Shown: positions 25,135-40,193, counted from the first letter of the stretch. The stretch: 64,000 nucleotides of DNA from Eledone cirrhosa (GCA_964016885.1 OZ024742.1:111228001-111292000), one strand, 5' to 3'. A program made the numbers and translations. The notes: generated from the letters alone by a model not told the origin.

Positions 25135-26968
25135 AAAGTAAATAATACATTGGAAATGCACGAAGCGGATTGGCTAATTAAACGGCTCCATGTTAGACCA
25201 GTTATTCGATCGTTATTTTGTATTTTTTAACCGTTTTCCTTTTACTTTGGAAAGGGCGGTAATAGCCCTGAAATATCCTGTTTAGATATACATCGACACA
25301 CATTACTTTGTTTTACATTATATGTCATCCTTTCCTCTCTATATTTCTACCGCATTTAACCAATTTTCTGACAATTATCAGTCATTTAAATTACAGTATT
25401 TTATTTATATTTGTCGCAATGTCAGAAATCATTGCATTAATTTATAATAGATATTTGTCTTTAGATTGTCGTCTAATATTGTATATTGTCAAGAAGAATA
25501 TTTCCTACAGAGAGTAATTTATAAGTTTTAAAATTATGGCGAATATTATGGTAAAATAAATATAAAATCTAAATATCCTGGAAATACCCATGGAAAACAA
25601 CTTGTAGCATCATGACAATTACAGTCAATAATCGTCCAATATTTCAGATAATGAACTCTGTAACTGCGTTTCGTATTCCAGTCCATTTCCGTTATATAAT
25701 TGATATTTCTATTGTTAAGAATTTAGGTCAGTCGGTTCTTCGGCATATAATTTGTATATATTTTTGTATAAAATAATAAATCATGTTTTAAAATTTTAAT
25801 TTAGAACTCTAAAGTAAACTTGGCATTTACACGTATCAATACAAGCAACTATCTAAGGTTAGCTTTAAAATACTTTTTTTTTCAACATATGTCTCCATCA
25901 GTAATATTATATACTTATCAAACTACTATACCAATAACATTGCCTGTGATAAAGAAAATAATTCTAACATAACATTGATTCATTGTACATGTTTATAGGA
26001 CTTTTCAAGCGCAGGTTTGAAAATGTCACACGCTTCAATCAATAAAACCGCCCAATAGGAATCCGATATCAAATATACACCACCGTGATGTCAGCATGGC
26101 GGAAAGTCAATTGTAAGATAAATCGATAGTTTGATAGATTCGATGATATAGTACATATACTTCACATAACGATTTCGAGTATCGTTGAAACATCAGAGGT
26201 TGATGTTAATTCAATACACTGAAGACATCAATGTATTACATTGGCAGGAAACAAACTAAAGAATAAAACTATGTATTGACGACACCGCAGATGAATAAAC
26301 ATAGAAGAAAAGAAAACATGCGGATAATCTATGTATAAAAGAAATGAGTTGATCGTAGATTTAAAAAAAAGGCAATTCGTAAACCAGGTGCCGTTTTATT
26401 ATTTCTACGAAATGATTAATAGCATTTTCTAGCTAAGAAGACGTGTATTAATTCTAATCAGCGAATTTCATTAATACAACTCAGACATATGTGACTTTAC
26501 GCGCTTATATTGATTTAATTAACTCTAGAAAATTACTTGGACATAAACACGTATTAGCGTTTTTCTTCTTTTCAACATTAGTAAATCAGACGATAGAGTG
26601 GAGAAGTAAATGACAAACATATTTGCAGGGCAGTAACGACATTTCGGAAGGATTTGACAAAGGTTCACACCTAGGAATGCAGAACAATTACAATCTGAGT
26701 AGTCTGATTAGAATTGTGTCCGGAAAACATTGACTTAGGATACATTGAAAAATTGACGAGAAGGGAAGCGCTAGTACTATGCGGATGTAGATGTAGATAA
26801 CAGCAGAAAAGATATTTATAATAGCGAGAGGAGCGGAGGCATAACATGTATAGATGCATGTTAGCCTTCTAAGCTAATGACTTTCAATTTAAGACAGTGT
26901 AGTCCGTTTGTGATTGTAGCCAGAGTATATCAGCAAAACATAGCAACAACAACAACAACAAAGCAGAC

Positions 26969-27008
<40 letters not shown>

Positions 27009-27230
27009 GCCAAAATCCTTTTATCGCTATGAGGGTGTTCCTTGAATGGTTGCTTGACTTGCTAGAAATGCCTGACATCATATTCAACAACTCATCCTAT
27101 TCTCTTAAATGTTCTATGACACGATGACGTAATTTGCAGAAATTTTGCCTGTGATATCTAATGAAGTATTAGGCACTTCCAGGTTTCATCCTCTATTATA
27201 TAGTTGTTTTGGTGTTTATAGATTTGCCAC

Positions 27231-27434
27231 GCCTCGGCTTTCATCTTAACTAACATTAAGTGTGTAACACATGATTATCATATTCATATTTCCACACATG
27301 TTCTAGACAATAAATCGAATTCTTCATAGTTTAAACTATGAAGAATTCGATTTATTGTCTAGAACATGTGTGGACATATGAATATGATAATCATGTTTTA
27401 CACACTTAATGTTAGTTAAGATGAAAGCCGAGGC
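27231..27434. repeat. Spacerless palindrome with 102-bp arms
   Basis: Centre at TTT|AAA (27332/27333); two mismatches and no indels seen by eye. Confidence 0.95.
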
Positions 27435-29285
27435 TTCTGACAGGACCCGCTGGAGAAAGTGTTTGAGGATTCTGCCCCCACGACCCTCTCAGGAATAAGT
27501 GGGCGAAGAAGAACGTTTATTAGTTTTATATATCTCAATGAAGTATAAACATATAACAATTGTTAGTGGCTATTTTACAATGGGTACAAATATTAACATA
27601 TCACATATCATCGGAATAATTAACCTCTTACTCGCGCTTTTAATTCTCTCTCTTTCTTATCACTCTCTCGAATATGTATCTGAACACACCCATAAGCACG
27701 CACGCACACGCGTGCACATACATATACACATATGCACGCACAAACTCGCACACACACACACACACACACACAAATACGCAGCGATACACAAATACGCAGT
27801 TGTATATGTACTCATTATCGAGAGAGGATTCTAACGACTATACATTGTGTATAATATGTCAAATGACGATTAATTTGTTACAACGTTCAATCTTAATATA
27901 TTTTCTGTAGTAAAAAACGGAAATGTGAGTTTTCTGTTGGACGCATAACAGTTGTTCTTTTTCACTATATTTTATTCTGTAAGCAAGTTGTAAAAATGTG
28001 TTTTATGATTCAAAATGCTTAATGTTAAGCCTTGCAGCTACAAATGATTCTCTTGTAATTATACTGATTAATATTCTGATAATTCTTATAATTATTCTGA
28101 TAATTATGATAATAATTGAATTATCTCGTAATTGTTTTCAGGCCTTTCGTTTATCATATTGAGTTGAGAAGAGTGATTATACTAATTTTATATAATGAAT
28201 AAATTATCTGGCTCTTGTTGTTAATATTCTACACTAGTACTAGAATATTAAACTTTCGTTTAGATGACAATGACCTAAAAATATGTTCGTTTTTCACAAT
28301 TTCATCTTGTCCTATAACTTGATTTGCAAATAAATTAAGGTAATTATCAAATGCATTCTAATCCCATTTGACATCTCTTCCTAATATGTAATTACATTTG
28401 TCATCAAATTCATAAAATAATTTTAATGTTCTTTAAACCAAAATAATGATTAAAAAAATCGTAATTTGAATTCAAACTATAGTTTCTGTCATACAAATGC
28501 GGTTCACTCCCAAAGCACATATATTAGAAATTGTATGTACGTGATTAACACCGGTATGTCTGTATAGGTGATTATTTTGCGGTAGATTCAGCAAGTATTT
28601 TCCTACATAATGATGGACATCAATTGGCTTTAAATTTCTTCTATCAAATGAAAAATATTCTCTTTAAATTGACAACTAATTGATTGAGTATATTAAAGAA
28701 ATGCTAATTCTCACAATGATGTAACGTGGGGCATTTTGTGACTTGGCTAAAGATTTGAATTCATATATTATTTCGCCGACCGGATGCCACACGTCATCAT
28801 TCAACAAAATATCACTACCTATATACGCCAATTTCCTGGGATGTCAGGTAATGTTATTGAACTTCTCGGTAATGCAACTTAATATGAAAAATTAATATTA
28901 TAATGATCATCGCTTTGTGAGTCATATTTAGTTGACTGAAAATGCATGAATACTTATTACACCTATTTACATATGCGCCTGTCTGTCTATTTTTCTCATA
29001 CTAGGATTATTACCTTAAGGGGAACGAGAATTCAATATATGTGGATTATTAATTTTCGATTGAATGACTTAAATATACAATTATCTGACATTGGGGGCCA
29101 GATTCATCTCAGAGGAGAATCATCGGACTGTCTGATGATTTACTACTGAAATGAAATTCAACAATCCCTGTGAAGAGTTTTATTTTCGATTCTCTCTCAC
29201 TTTCTTTTACCCTCTCTTTCTTTCTGTCTCTATCTACCAATATCTCTATCTATCTCTCCCTGTCTCCCTTAATATTTCTTCATCT

Positions 29286-29342
<57 letters not shown>

Positions 29343-29732
29343 GCTCTCTCTCTCTCTCTCACTCTTTCTCTCTCGCCCTCTATCTATCCATCCAGATCTC
29401 CCTCAATATTTCCCTATGATATTCTTTTTCACTCTCTCTCTCTACCTTTCTCTCTTTCTCTCTCTCTATCTCTTTCTCTATCTATCTATCGATCAATCTC
29501 TCTTTCTGCGCGCAATTCATATATCAAATATAAAATGATCGAATACTCCAGCCGAGTGATTATCCTGGCAAAAAGAAAATAAAAGACGACAGTCCCCTTG
29601 CATCACATTACTTTGATGCATCACATTGCTTGGATGAGATATTTATATCCATATTACATTGAGTTCTAACAGCGTTATAAGTCCAACCCGAGTTAGAATA
29701 TTAGAATATTATACATGTATATGTGTGTGTAC

Positions 29733-29795
<63 letters not shown>

Positions 29796-30338
29796 TATAT
29801 ATATATATGTGTGTGTGTATATACATATGTATATACGATTAATTGTTGATACAAAGGTAAACCGTGTAGGTGTATGTTCAAGAAAGTATTACAAGTTTGG
29901 AACGTATTAAAAGTTTGGAAACATGAATGTTCTAAAGCCCTATACCATCGAGAACAGTTTTACTCGAAATACCAATGAAATAACTGCGAGTTGCTAGAAT
30001 GTGACAGATATTCATATATACCTTTCAACATTAATTGCAACTCTATTCTGGTTATATTCTAACATACCATTACCACTTGCCTACGTTAAGTTTGTTGCAA
30101 TGGGAGGATACCTTACTGCAGTGACTGTAAATACCGACATAGATTACAGAGTGTATATATATTGTAAATAATATTATAAATAATTATAAAAAGATATTCG
30201 AAAAAAGATTCGAATATACTGTATTCAATCGTCTGGTCATATATATTGCATAATTTAAATGTATATATACATATGCATGTATATATATGATGGTGTGTAT
30301 TCCATACGTTAAAATCCAGGTGGTTCGGTTCTAATTTT

Positions 30339-30612
<274 letters not shown>

Positions 30613-30761
30613 ATATATATATATATATATATATATGTAGGAGGTGAGTTTTATTGTAGTACAATAAAGCAATGCAGATATCGGATAATAAGCACTCTAC
30701 ATGTTGATTTAAAACTGAACTATCCACAAGTGTTTTTTAACCTTCATATCATGTCTTCATG

Positions 30762-30828
30762 TTTTATCTGATGAAAACACAAATATTATTGCATGATGAT
30801 ATTTGTTTTTGAAATGCGCATAATAAAA
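30762..30828 (+). ncRNA. Type I hammerhead ribozyme in a ~220-bp ORF-less insertion (30637-30860)
   Basis: ttttat-CTGATGA-[long paired stem II]-GAAA-tgcgca-TA-ataaaa: complete core, palindromic stem III, 6-bp stem I. Confidence 0.85.
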
Positions 30829-30858
30829 TACATGGAACTCTTTTAACCAGCTTTTGTT

Positions 30859-30910
<52 letters not shown>

Positions 30911-31207
30911 GATATATATATATCCCATATATAGAATATATATATATATCTGAAGGACTTACTTTATTCATATATATATATATATATATATATAGAATAT
31001 TTACGTATCGAGAGAGAGAAAAGGAGGGATAGGTGATACATGTAGTTATTTGCCAAATAGCGTATGCAGAGGGTGCTCAATACTAATGCCGGCAGTGTTA
31101 AATATTAGAAGTATTAATATCTAGTGGGCGAGAGAATTAGCAGAGCATAAGTACGGGGAGAAGTAAAATGAAGGAGACAGACCGTTAAAACATGTTTATT
31201 TAAAATA

Positions 31208-31247
31208 GCACCTAGGTACGTTTCGTCCGAATGGGCTTCTCAAGGGC
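31208..31247 (-). ncRNA. U3:A8-variant hammerhead in pLTR, degenerate (second copy 34658-34697)
   Basis: Consensus of the two copies is gccc-TTGAGAA-gccc(attc)gggc-GAAA-cgtacg-TA-ggtgc; each copy carries its own substitutions. Confidence 0.6.
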
Positions 31248-31526
31248 ATAATAACTAAAAAGCGTTCCTTAATTGACCCGGAATGGGTTTTTAGAGATAA
31301 GTTCCTGTCAGAGTTCATTCTTCGTAAAAAGCATGTTTTGATTTTGCAGTAGGTCAAGGTGTTAGGGCAGTCTTTTCCGGACAAATTGTTTATCCGATAC
31401 AAGCAGGTGGTTACTACCTTACCATTGCCGATACGCACAGTGTCAGGTATGCAACGTTTGTTTCGAGACGTTTGTTTTCTGCGCCTGCACGCCTGGGTCG
31501 ATTCATGCCGGGTCTGGGATACATGG

Positions 31527-34399
31527 TTACTTTCCGGATGTTTTTAGCAGCGCCTGCCCGCCAGGTGTTAAAGCTTTGTGCATGGAGACCGGATTTACGG
31601 TTTCACTCCCCGTTCGTATTCCATCTGAAGTAGGATATTTTTAAGCGTTGTGCACAGCTTATCGTCGTTTCAGCTCTACTGTTGATGAGCTCGTGAGGTG
31701 CCGTTATGATGTGGTAGAGCTCCATGAGGCAAAACTCGCACTTCCCTTCAAGTTGTACGGTGCAGCCTTGCCGACAATATCCCAGTGCGTGGAGAAGCTG
31801 ATGTTTAAGTCTTTGAATGCTGTGATGTAGTTCGCAAGCGAAGTGGAGTGTCTTAATTTCTTATTTGCGAAAGAGTGGAGATGTGTTCGAAATCTAATTT
31901 TGAACGGGCCAGAGGTAGCCACTATATAATGTTTAACGCTATTATGGCTAGTTACGGTGCACCTATATATAACCTTATCAGTCAAGCAGTTTCCACTAAG
32001 GGGACAGCGTCTCCTGTCGCGGTCCCTTCTAGCTCCCACGGTAAGACTATTATTATTGCTATCTACGTTGTTACCTACGCTCCCACATCTGTCATTAGCA
32101 CCATTATAACATACTCTGCGCGGGGTGGTACCATTATTAATCCGCACGCAGTAGCGCCTTCCGTTGCAGCCAGGTGACCCGTGCGGGTCACCTGCATATT
32201 CCCCAGTTATGTCGTGGTTATGTTGATTGCGTCTGTAGAGGTTGTTGCCAGCACTATTGGAAGCTGTTAGGGAATCGTTAAGGCCGATATAGTTGTTGTC
32301 AGCTGTAGGTGCGTCTGTGCTACGGTGCTGTGTCTTGGTGATCTTACTGTGATTTGTTCTTCCTATGATGTCTGCTAGGTTAGGAGTAGTAGAGAAGGAT
32401 ATTTTTATATTCTTCCTATTAAGGATTTTCCTATACCTATGGATGGGTGGGAAGTTCTTCTCTAAGGCTTCGAAGAATATCCGGAGTATGTCGGAGGCCA
32501 CACTCTGAAAGTAGGGGGGAGGGAACCATCGGACGTTACGGTGGCGATTACGTGTCTTAGTACGTTTGTTACGGGTAGTGCTACCAGGGTGACCGTTCTT
32601 ATGCATGTTAATACGCTGTAGCCCGTTACGTGTCCCTTTCGCTTTATGTTCGGGTGCACTCCTCCTCCTTCAGCTATGTTTATGTATAGGAAGATGTTGG
32701 TTGGAAGGCGTTGGTAGTAGGCCGTCGCCTTTGTTGATTTTATAGTAGGAGTATCATTCAAGTAGGCTACAGTGGTCACTGTCACCGGGGTCATGATCTT
32801 TATTGTGCGGTAATCTACCTATACTATCGCCAGTGTAATTAACATTGTGGCCGTGTTTCTTAGTGCGATTTTCTATACTATTACATCCGACTCCTTCGAA
32901 GTCGCCGCGTGATCGGTTATAGGTATGGCTTACTATAACGTTAGTCTTATGAGGGGGGTGGTTTCTGGAGCTAGCATTAGGGATGTAGGAGATTCCTCGG
33001 TTAAAACCGGCGCTTATCAGGGCCCTATTGTAGTAATCTGCCGCTTGGTTGAAGATATCTTCATTGGCGGAGAGCCCCGAGATCCTATGTGAGATGCTAT
33101 AGACAATGGAGTTGAGAGTCTGCTTAGGGTGGTTGGAGGCATAGTTAATATAAGAAAGGCTCTCTCCAGGCTTATGGTATGGCTTGTATAGGCCCGTACT
33201 CAACTCCAGGGTCACGTCCAGGAAGTTGAAAACCTGGTGGATGAGGTCTATAGTTACGGATATGCCGTATGACCTGAAGAATCTGTGTATGTGCTTGTTA
33301 AGGTTCTCTATTCTACGAGGGCTATGGTTCCTAACGGTAAACAGGGCGTCGTCCCTATATACACCTCCTTGTAGAGCCGGTATCTCGTCCCTAAGCTTAT
33401 GGAGGAGGCATATTCCGACCAGGTCGGTTGTTTTGCCGAGTCGCTGGACCCCATCTTGATATCGAAGTTATCAGGACGGTTGGTTCTGGTCCAGTGGGAG
33501 CCTTCGAACTGGATAATTGTTCTACGCTCCGCTAGAACTATGTCTATTTCTTTTTTAGTGAGGCTAGTATTAGATTTAGCTAATATGAGTGCCTATTTAA
33601 GAGTAGGGGGGAGATAGAGTCGTAGTCACTATCTATGTCAAACTGGATGAACTTTAGGGTCGCTTTATCAGGCAACTCGGTGAACCAATTTATGACCTGG
33701 TCGGTGTTGCTCCAGAGGCGGACCTTACCCTTTCTATTAAGCTCCAGTAGTACTCTATCGAGGATCACTTTACTAATCCTACCTATATAAGATGTAGAGG
33801 GACATATTAGTCTAATAGAGGGGCTTTCATTAAAGTTAAATTCTTGATCCTTAAGAGAGAATCTAGGCGTCAGAGGGACATATGGGTTTGTGTACTTATC
33901 TATTTCTAAGCTAGTAACTATATCCTTCCCTACTCTATTTATGTCATTTAAGGTACTAATGGGTGTCTTTTTGTAGTCTTTGTGTAGTTCTTTATAGATG
34001 AATTGTTTATAATTGCTCGCGTCCATCTTGTACAGCTTCTTAGTTTTGTCAGAGGTGATACGAGGTGTGGGTCATTCTTGATCTTGGTGATTAGTGTATC
34101 CAGGGATGTTAAGAATGTATTGCTGCATCGGTGTTTCTTTTTGAACTTAATGTTTCTGATTATTTTCAGCAGGTCCTCCTCAAAGGAGTCTAGCAAGACG
34201 TTGTGCGGTGGGTTTCGGTATGTTTTTAACTCTCTTTAGGTTCAGGAAGGTTACGGGTGTTCTTATCCAGGTGGTAGGCCTTCCATCTAACTCTCCGTAT
34301 AAACGAGTTAGTAGCATCTATGAGTTGTTTGACGTAGGTTTCTCTGCTGGGTAAGGGGATACACTTGAGAGACATGGGTAACGGCTGATTCTCCAGCAT
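31527..34399 (-). pseudogene. PLE polyprotein: N-terminal region, RT, thumb, GIY-YIG; multiple frameshifts
   Basis: MLENQPLPMSLKCIPLPS..FIRRVRWKA; RT motifs FIQFDIDSDYDSI, FDIKMGS, VYRDDA and FLDVTL; then VRWFPPP, CPLSGNC..VIYRC..HYI, CEFCLME and LINSRAE. Confidence 0.92.
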
Positions 34400-34862
34400 G
34401 ATGGCAAATAAAGTGAGATGCTCTACAAAAGGAGCACGGTAATAGAATATTTACGTATCGAGAGAGAGAAAAGGAGGGATAGGTGATACATATAGTTATT
34501 TGCCAAATAGCCTATACAGAGGGTGCTCAATACTAGTGTCGGCAGTGTTAAATATTAGAAGTGTTAATATCTAGTGGGCGAGAGAATTAGCAGAGCGTAA
34601 GCACGTGGAGAAGTAAAATACAGGAGACAGACCGTTAAAACATGTTTATTTAAAACAGCACGTACGTAGGTTTCGCCCGAATGGGCTTCCCAAGGGCATA
34701 ATAACTAAAAAGCGTTCCTTTACATGACCCGGAATGGGTTTTTAGAGATAAGTTCACGTCAGAGTTCATTCTTCGTAAAAATGCATGTTTTCATTTTGCA
34801 GTAGGTGTTAGGGTAGTCTTTTCCAGACAATTTTTTTATGCGATTCAAGCAGGTGGTTACTA

Positions 34863-34898
<36 letters not shown>

Positions 34899-35614
34899 AA
34901 ACTTGGACGGGAACAAAAACAGAGAGGCAGTACAAATAAAAGTTTATTAGGTTTACGCTCTATATGGTATATATATATGTATCTGCATATATATATATCC
35001 CAAAATTGGAACTGAACCACCTGGATTTTAAAGTATGGAATACACACCATTACACCGCTATTAGCTGTCAAACGGCCAACTGGTCCCTAGATCATAAATG
35101 TCTTAACATCTCGTTCATCCTCTCTCCCTGAAACAGCATTAACCCTATTAAGACAAGACAATCAGCAAAACATTTACCACACACATTTGTCAAACCTCCC
35201 TTTACATATTAGTATCTCCCAATTAATCTCTAATTTATTGCTTTTTCTGTTATCTGTCACTACATCAGACTCACTACACGTATTTGTGTATGTTTCGAAT
35301 ATAACTTTTCATGTTAGCACTAAACCCACCACGGAATCCTTATACGAACACTTACTCACCACCACCACTATTATATTCTGTACTTACATGCTCCCACTTA
35401 TCCTTATTTATTTATATTTTTCCATTTTCTTAATTGTTTACTGTTTCTTTTTTCTTATCTTTTACTTTTTACTTTACATCTGTAACTTCTCTACCTATTT
35501 ATCATATATATTTTATTATTGATGGTATTGTTTTGATTATACACGATTTCCCTCTATATATATATTGCCTTGAGTGAATTGTTTTTGTATTCTGAGGAGT
35601 TGGTCAGAGGTAAA

Positions 35615-35733
35615 TATTTGTTTTTACGTTTGGCACAAGGCCAGCAATTATCCCAGTGTAATACTGGTACTTTATTTTATCGACCCCGTAAGGATGAAAG
35701 GCAAAGTTAACCTCGGCGGGATTTGAACTCAGT
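35615..35733 (-). mobile_element. SINE family A, truncated
   Basis: Reverse complement of the B-box and core. Confidence 0.85.
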
Positions 35734-35769
35734 CCGTAAATTTTGCAAACATGACTCTCACCATGAATA

Positions 35770-35808
35770 TGAACCTGAAGATTGTGAAAGCATGAAAGCA
35801 CTTGTTCA
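35770..35808 (+). ncRNA. Minimal type I hammerhead motif, probably in an old PLE terminus (~35050-35870)
   Basis: tgaac-CTGAAGA-t-tgt(gaaa)gca-t-GAAA-gcac-TT-gttca: 5-bp stem I and GNRA-capped stem II, with a U.U at its base. Confidence 0.65.
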
Positions 35809-35919
35809 ATTAACACCTAACATTTAATATTCTACCATACTATTTCATTATAATATCATTATAATTTTAAAGGATTGTAAATAAAACAAGTAAATCAGAC
35901 AAAGTTGGAATTCCTTTTA

Positions 35920-35952
<33 letters not shown>

Positions 35953-35956
<4 letters not shown>

Positions 35957-36145
35957 CGGGTAAAATTCCCGAGATCCATGGACGAGTTCTCTCCAGCGGT
36001 CTCTGTCCCTCATTATCGCTGCCATGTTCTGCGTCTCCAATAGATCAGTGTCTGTCCTTAGGGCATCAACATACGTTAACCTTGGTCTTCCACTTCCAGT
36101 GTGTCCACGTAGGGGCTCCCACAGGAGCACGGAGTGCAATGTCAT
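35953..36145 (-). pseudogene. RTE/RTEX-type LINE extreme 3' fragment
   Basis: LLWEPLRGHTGSGRPRLTYVDALRTDT...MRDRDRWRELV, the typical RTE-group C-terminus, lying between (TA)n tracts. Confidence 0.8.
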
Positions 36146-36651
36146 ATATATATATATAACCTAGCCCTCATCAGGACAATGCTTCCTCTTAATTACTGTT
36201 GGAATTTGAAACAGACGAAAAGGACTGTTGAGCATCATTCGCATATGAAGCTGTATAACTTGGTTTAACTTAATAATAGAATCAAAATGTAGCTTTTGCA
36301 TAGCTGTATACATACATGTATGTGAAATTCATATACCTAAATATATATAGTATGTTTAATAAATAAATATTTTGAAATCCCAGCTATGAATAGAAAGGTT
36401 GACGACCAGTGCTCGAAATGCATAGAGAATGATCCTCCGCTGCTTCTGCTGGAAAGCACTAGAACCAGAGACAATCCTCTGCGAAATGCGCATAACAGGT
36501 CGATACACAATAAATACCTTCATCATTTTTCTTTATATATATGTATATATATATATATAGGTAGTGTAACTTGGAGTTACTGCAGGTTCACCCGGGTGAG
36601 CACTCGATGTTTAGTTTCACTTCTGTGTTGTGTTGTAGAGCCATACAGAGA

Positions 36652-36690
<39 letters not shown>

Positions 36691-37124
36691 CAAATAAAGA
36701 GATATATGTATATATATAGAGAGAAAGAGCCATATATCGTACAAGAAACACGGTATATTGTATATATATCAAATATATATGCTGTAGTAAAATGATTGGA
36801 TGTTCCCAGGTATATTAATTTATTTAGAATCTTCATTCCATATTGCCATTGAGACTAAACCTCTGATGAGTACCTGAGACTCATGTGCTTTAATCGATAG
36901 TTTGTCTTCGATGATCGAATATATTGATATTTTTATTTTCTCTTTTTCTTTCAATGATCGATTACATAGATCAATTTTTATCATTATTATGGCTTTGGAG
37001 AATGTCTATTGAGAAACATAATATTCTAAACATATTTGATTTGTTTTGATTCATTATTTGTATATATATATATATATATATGGGTAATTGCTGGCCTTGT
37101 GCCTAAACTAGAAACAATTATTTG

Positions 37125-37220
<96 letters not shown>

Positions 37221-39190
37221 TGGCGTTGGATGCTTAAAGCGTGCGTATGCGGAGGCCGTATGAGTACTCGATGCTCTCATAGAGCAGAGTACGTTATCAC
37301 AGAAAAAAAGAGAATCACCAGTCCCCATGTATATTATATAACCATATGCACCACAGCCTTCAAGTATTTTATGCAACTTAACGCACACCCCAATAATGTC
37401 GGGTCCCCCTCTGCATCCTTGTCTTGTATACATTCCTTTTTCCAGCATTATATTTTATTTTATTTTATTTTATATGATATTATATTACTATTGTATGTAC
37501 ATACAGGCATTTTTCTATATATATGTGCCACCCAAGTTATTTGTGATTAGCGCAAGGATACTATGCGGCTATAACGTTTATGCATATTGTGCATGCACTT
37601 TCGGACTTATATCGCCACGTGATCGGGTTGGGTCGGAGCCTCAAGAACGTTGTCCCATATAATACTATGTGCACCATGTGCACAGCTGCGTGTGTGTGTA
37701 CGGATGGGAGGCTATTCATCAAGTATGCGCCCTCGATACGAGCGTGCGCTGGTACATTTATGTATGTGCGTTCACGCAGATATGCATGCGCACGTGTATG
37801 CACATGTCTGGGTGGATGTAATTGTATGAACATGTCTGTGTGAGGGTATGAATGCATATGTGTAGATCTTTCTTTTTTTCATCTGTGTATATATGTGCAG
37901 CGTCTCAAATGTAGACACTTCCCTGAGTACAGTGTGTGAGTGTAGATATGTGTATATTTATTCAAAAATGCCTTCGAAATAACTTTTTTTGAAAGGCTGT
38001 TCTAAGCATTCTTTTAAAAATTTTCTTTGTACACAGTTTTTTTATTTTTCCGTTTGAAATATGTATGTTTTAAGGTATTCTGAGGCCGTGCTCTTGAAAC
38101 GTTATACTAAATAATTTTCTAATATTTTTCTAATATTTTTCTAATTTTATTTAAAAATTCCCTCCAACATTATTTACTTCACATACAATACAGTTGAGGG
38201 TGTGTATGCCATCGGTGTAGAAGTGGGCGCCTAAAGACAGTGAAGACGTCGAAGTGCCGCCAGCAGTTTAAGCATACAACCCCTTACCTACTACAGTAGT
38301 AATTCCGACCTAAGAAACAAATTTGATTGACAGGTGGAGAATGAAAAGAACCAAATAGAGGACAACCATGAGTGGTTGGAAATACCGATGACGTGTACAA
38401 TCATTGACCATTCATAGAATGACAACAACAGGATCTAAGCCGACAAGCGAAGTATATCGATGTAAAAGGGCATAGGAAAATCTGCTTCGTAGAATCAAGA
38501 CGCATCCGAGGACCTTGCGATTTTCAGAGTCAGGTTAGATCATCACATCGATCGTGCCTCGAGCTGGTCACCAGAGAAACGATTGTAATATGACCAATAA
38601 ATTCCATTCGTCGCAAAACTGATTCTCTTTTTTTCTGTGATATATTTATGTCGGCGTCCTCTATATTTCCCGAATTCCCATCACTTGGTCTGGGGCCCAA
38701 TCATGGGTGGTACATAAAAAGGGACTGTTTCGCCTAAACTCACCCACGCTCATGTATATCATGTGAACGTATTTACTTATTTAGATCAAGTGTTGCCTGT
38801 GTTTGAAACGTTTGTAAGTAAAGAAATGCCTTGCACTGGATCAATCCTCCTCTCAGAACAACAGCGACAGCTATCCAAGACGAGGAAATCTTCAACAGCA
38901 ATGGCTGCCATTAATGACAGATTTTAGATCGGAGTTAAGATTCTCAAAAAAGGATGCCCTAACGATGAGCAGATGTTTGCCGTTATCAGTTGAACTAGTC
39001 CGCGCATTTCCATGTCCCCGCGCCCATGTATATATAAATAGATCCGATCTAGCTGTCGAAACGCCAGAAGCTCAGCCGTTGGTGTCCCGAATTTGTCATA
39101 CTACCCACACTACTACCCTAAATATCGACTACACACACGCGCATACACACCCACGCGCATAAACACCACACACACAAACACCACACACAC

Positions 39191-39286
<96 letters not shown>

Positions 39287-39963
39287 CATATATATATATA
39301 TATGTATATATATATAACTCTGTGTGTATGTGATTATTATCTTAATTTACACTAAAAATTATTGTGGAACACACGATACATTGACTTACATATCATAGGA
39401 AATATTCCCCTTTGTCAATGCATCATACACATAATTAAATTAAATTGCTTAAAACTCAGGTCTCAGATCAAATATTACAAGAAATTTGATTATTATATAG
39501 CTTATTGCAATATTGTACCATGTCTTTTACTAGATTGATGTGAACTATCTTTCACTTGATTGTAGCACGGATGTGCGTTTAAACAACATTAGATATTCTA
39601 TTGCCCACATACATGAAGATCTACAAGTTCATGCACATACATACCGTTCTTCACACTACGAACGGTGGTGACATACATTCAGTCAATTCTTAGTATCGAG
39701 TGATAATCATCAGTGTTTCTAGAATATAGCATTGACTTTCAATATAACCATATAATGCTGTCACCTGGGAAATCAAGAGTGGTGAATATCAAAAGATTTG
39801 GCTTCCATACATACAAGAAGATAAACCAATGATATACACATCTCCTGATAACTGTGTTGAATATAAGCACGCTGAATATTTGTATAATAAGAAATCTTTT
39901 TTATAAATATAACAAAACAATCGCATTTCAACACACACACATGCATTTATACACACACACACA

Positions 39964-40060
<97 letters not shown>

Positions 40061-40067
40061 TTCACTT

Positions 40068-40137
<70 letters not shown>

Positions 40138-40193
40138 AAGTGAAATGACTGCAGGCCAAGTATGTTGAATTTTCTTAATTTTTTATTACTGTA

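Larger units (their letters stand above)
30993..34865 (-). mobile_element. Near full-length Penelope-like element (Naiad-like) with direct pLTRs
   Basis: Direct ~425-bp repeats at 30993-31419 and 34443-34865 flank a complete but frameshifted RT-GIY-YIG ORF; both ends lie in (TA)n. Confidence 0.93.

Noticed and set aside
31527-32030. Selenocysteine (UGA) recoding, as reported for some Naiad PLEs
   Set aside because: Conserved Cys positions here and at 55876-56350 are Cys or sense substitutions. No in-frame TGA was seen at those sites; the breaks are frameshifts.
36858-36900. CTGATGAG hammerhead half
   Set aside because: No downstream GAAA/stem III/UH arrangement.
37219-39115. Complex non-coding block with a 22-bp inverted match (37296-37317 / 38620-38641); possible LTR element
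   Set aside because: No paired LTRs, convincing PBS or coding motif were found; probably mixed decayed repeats.
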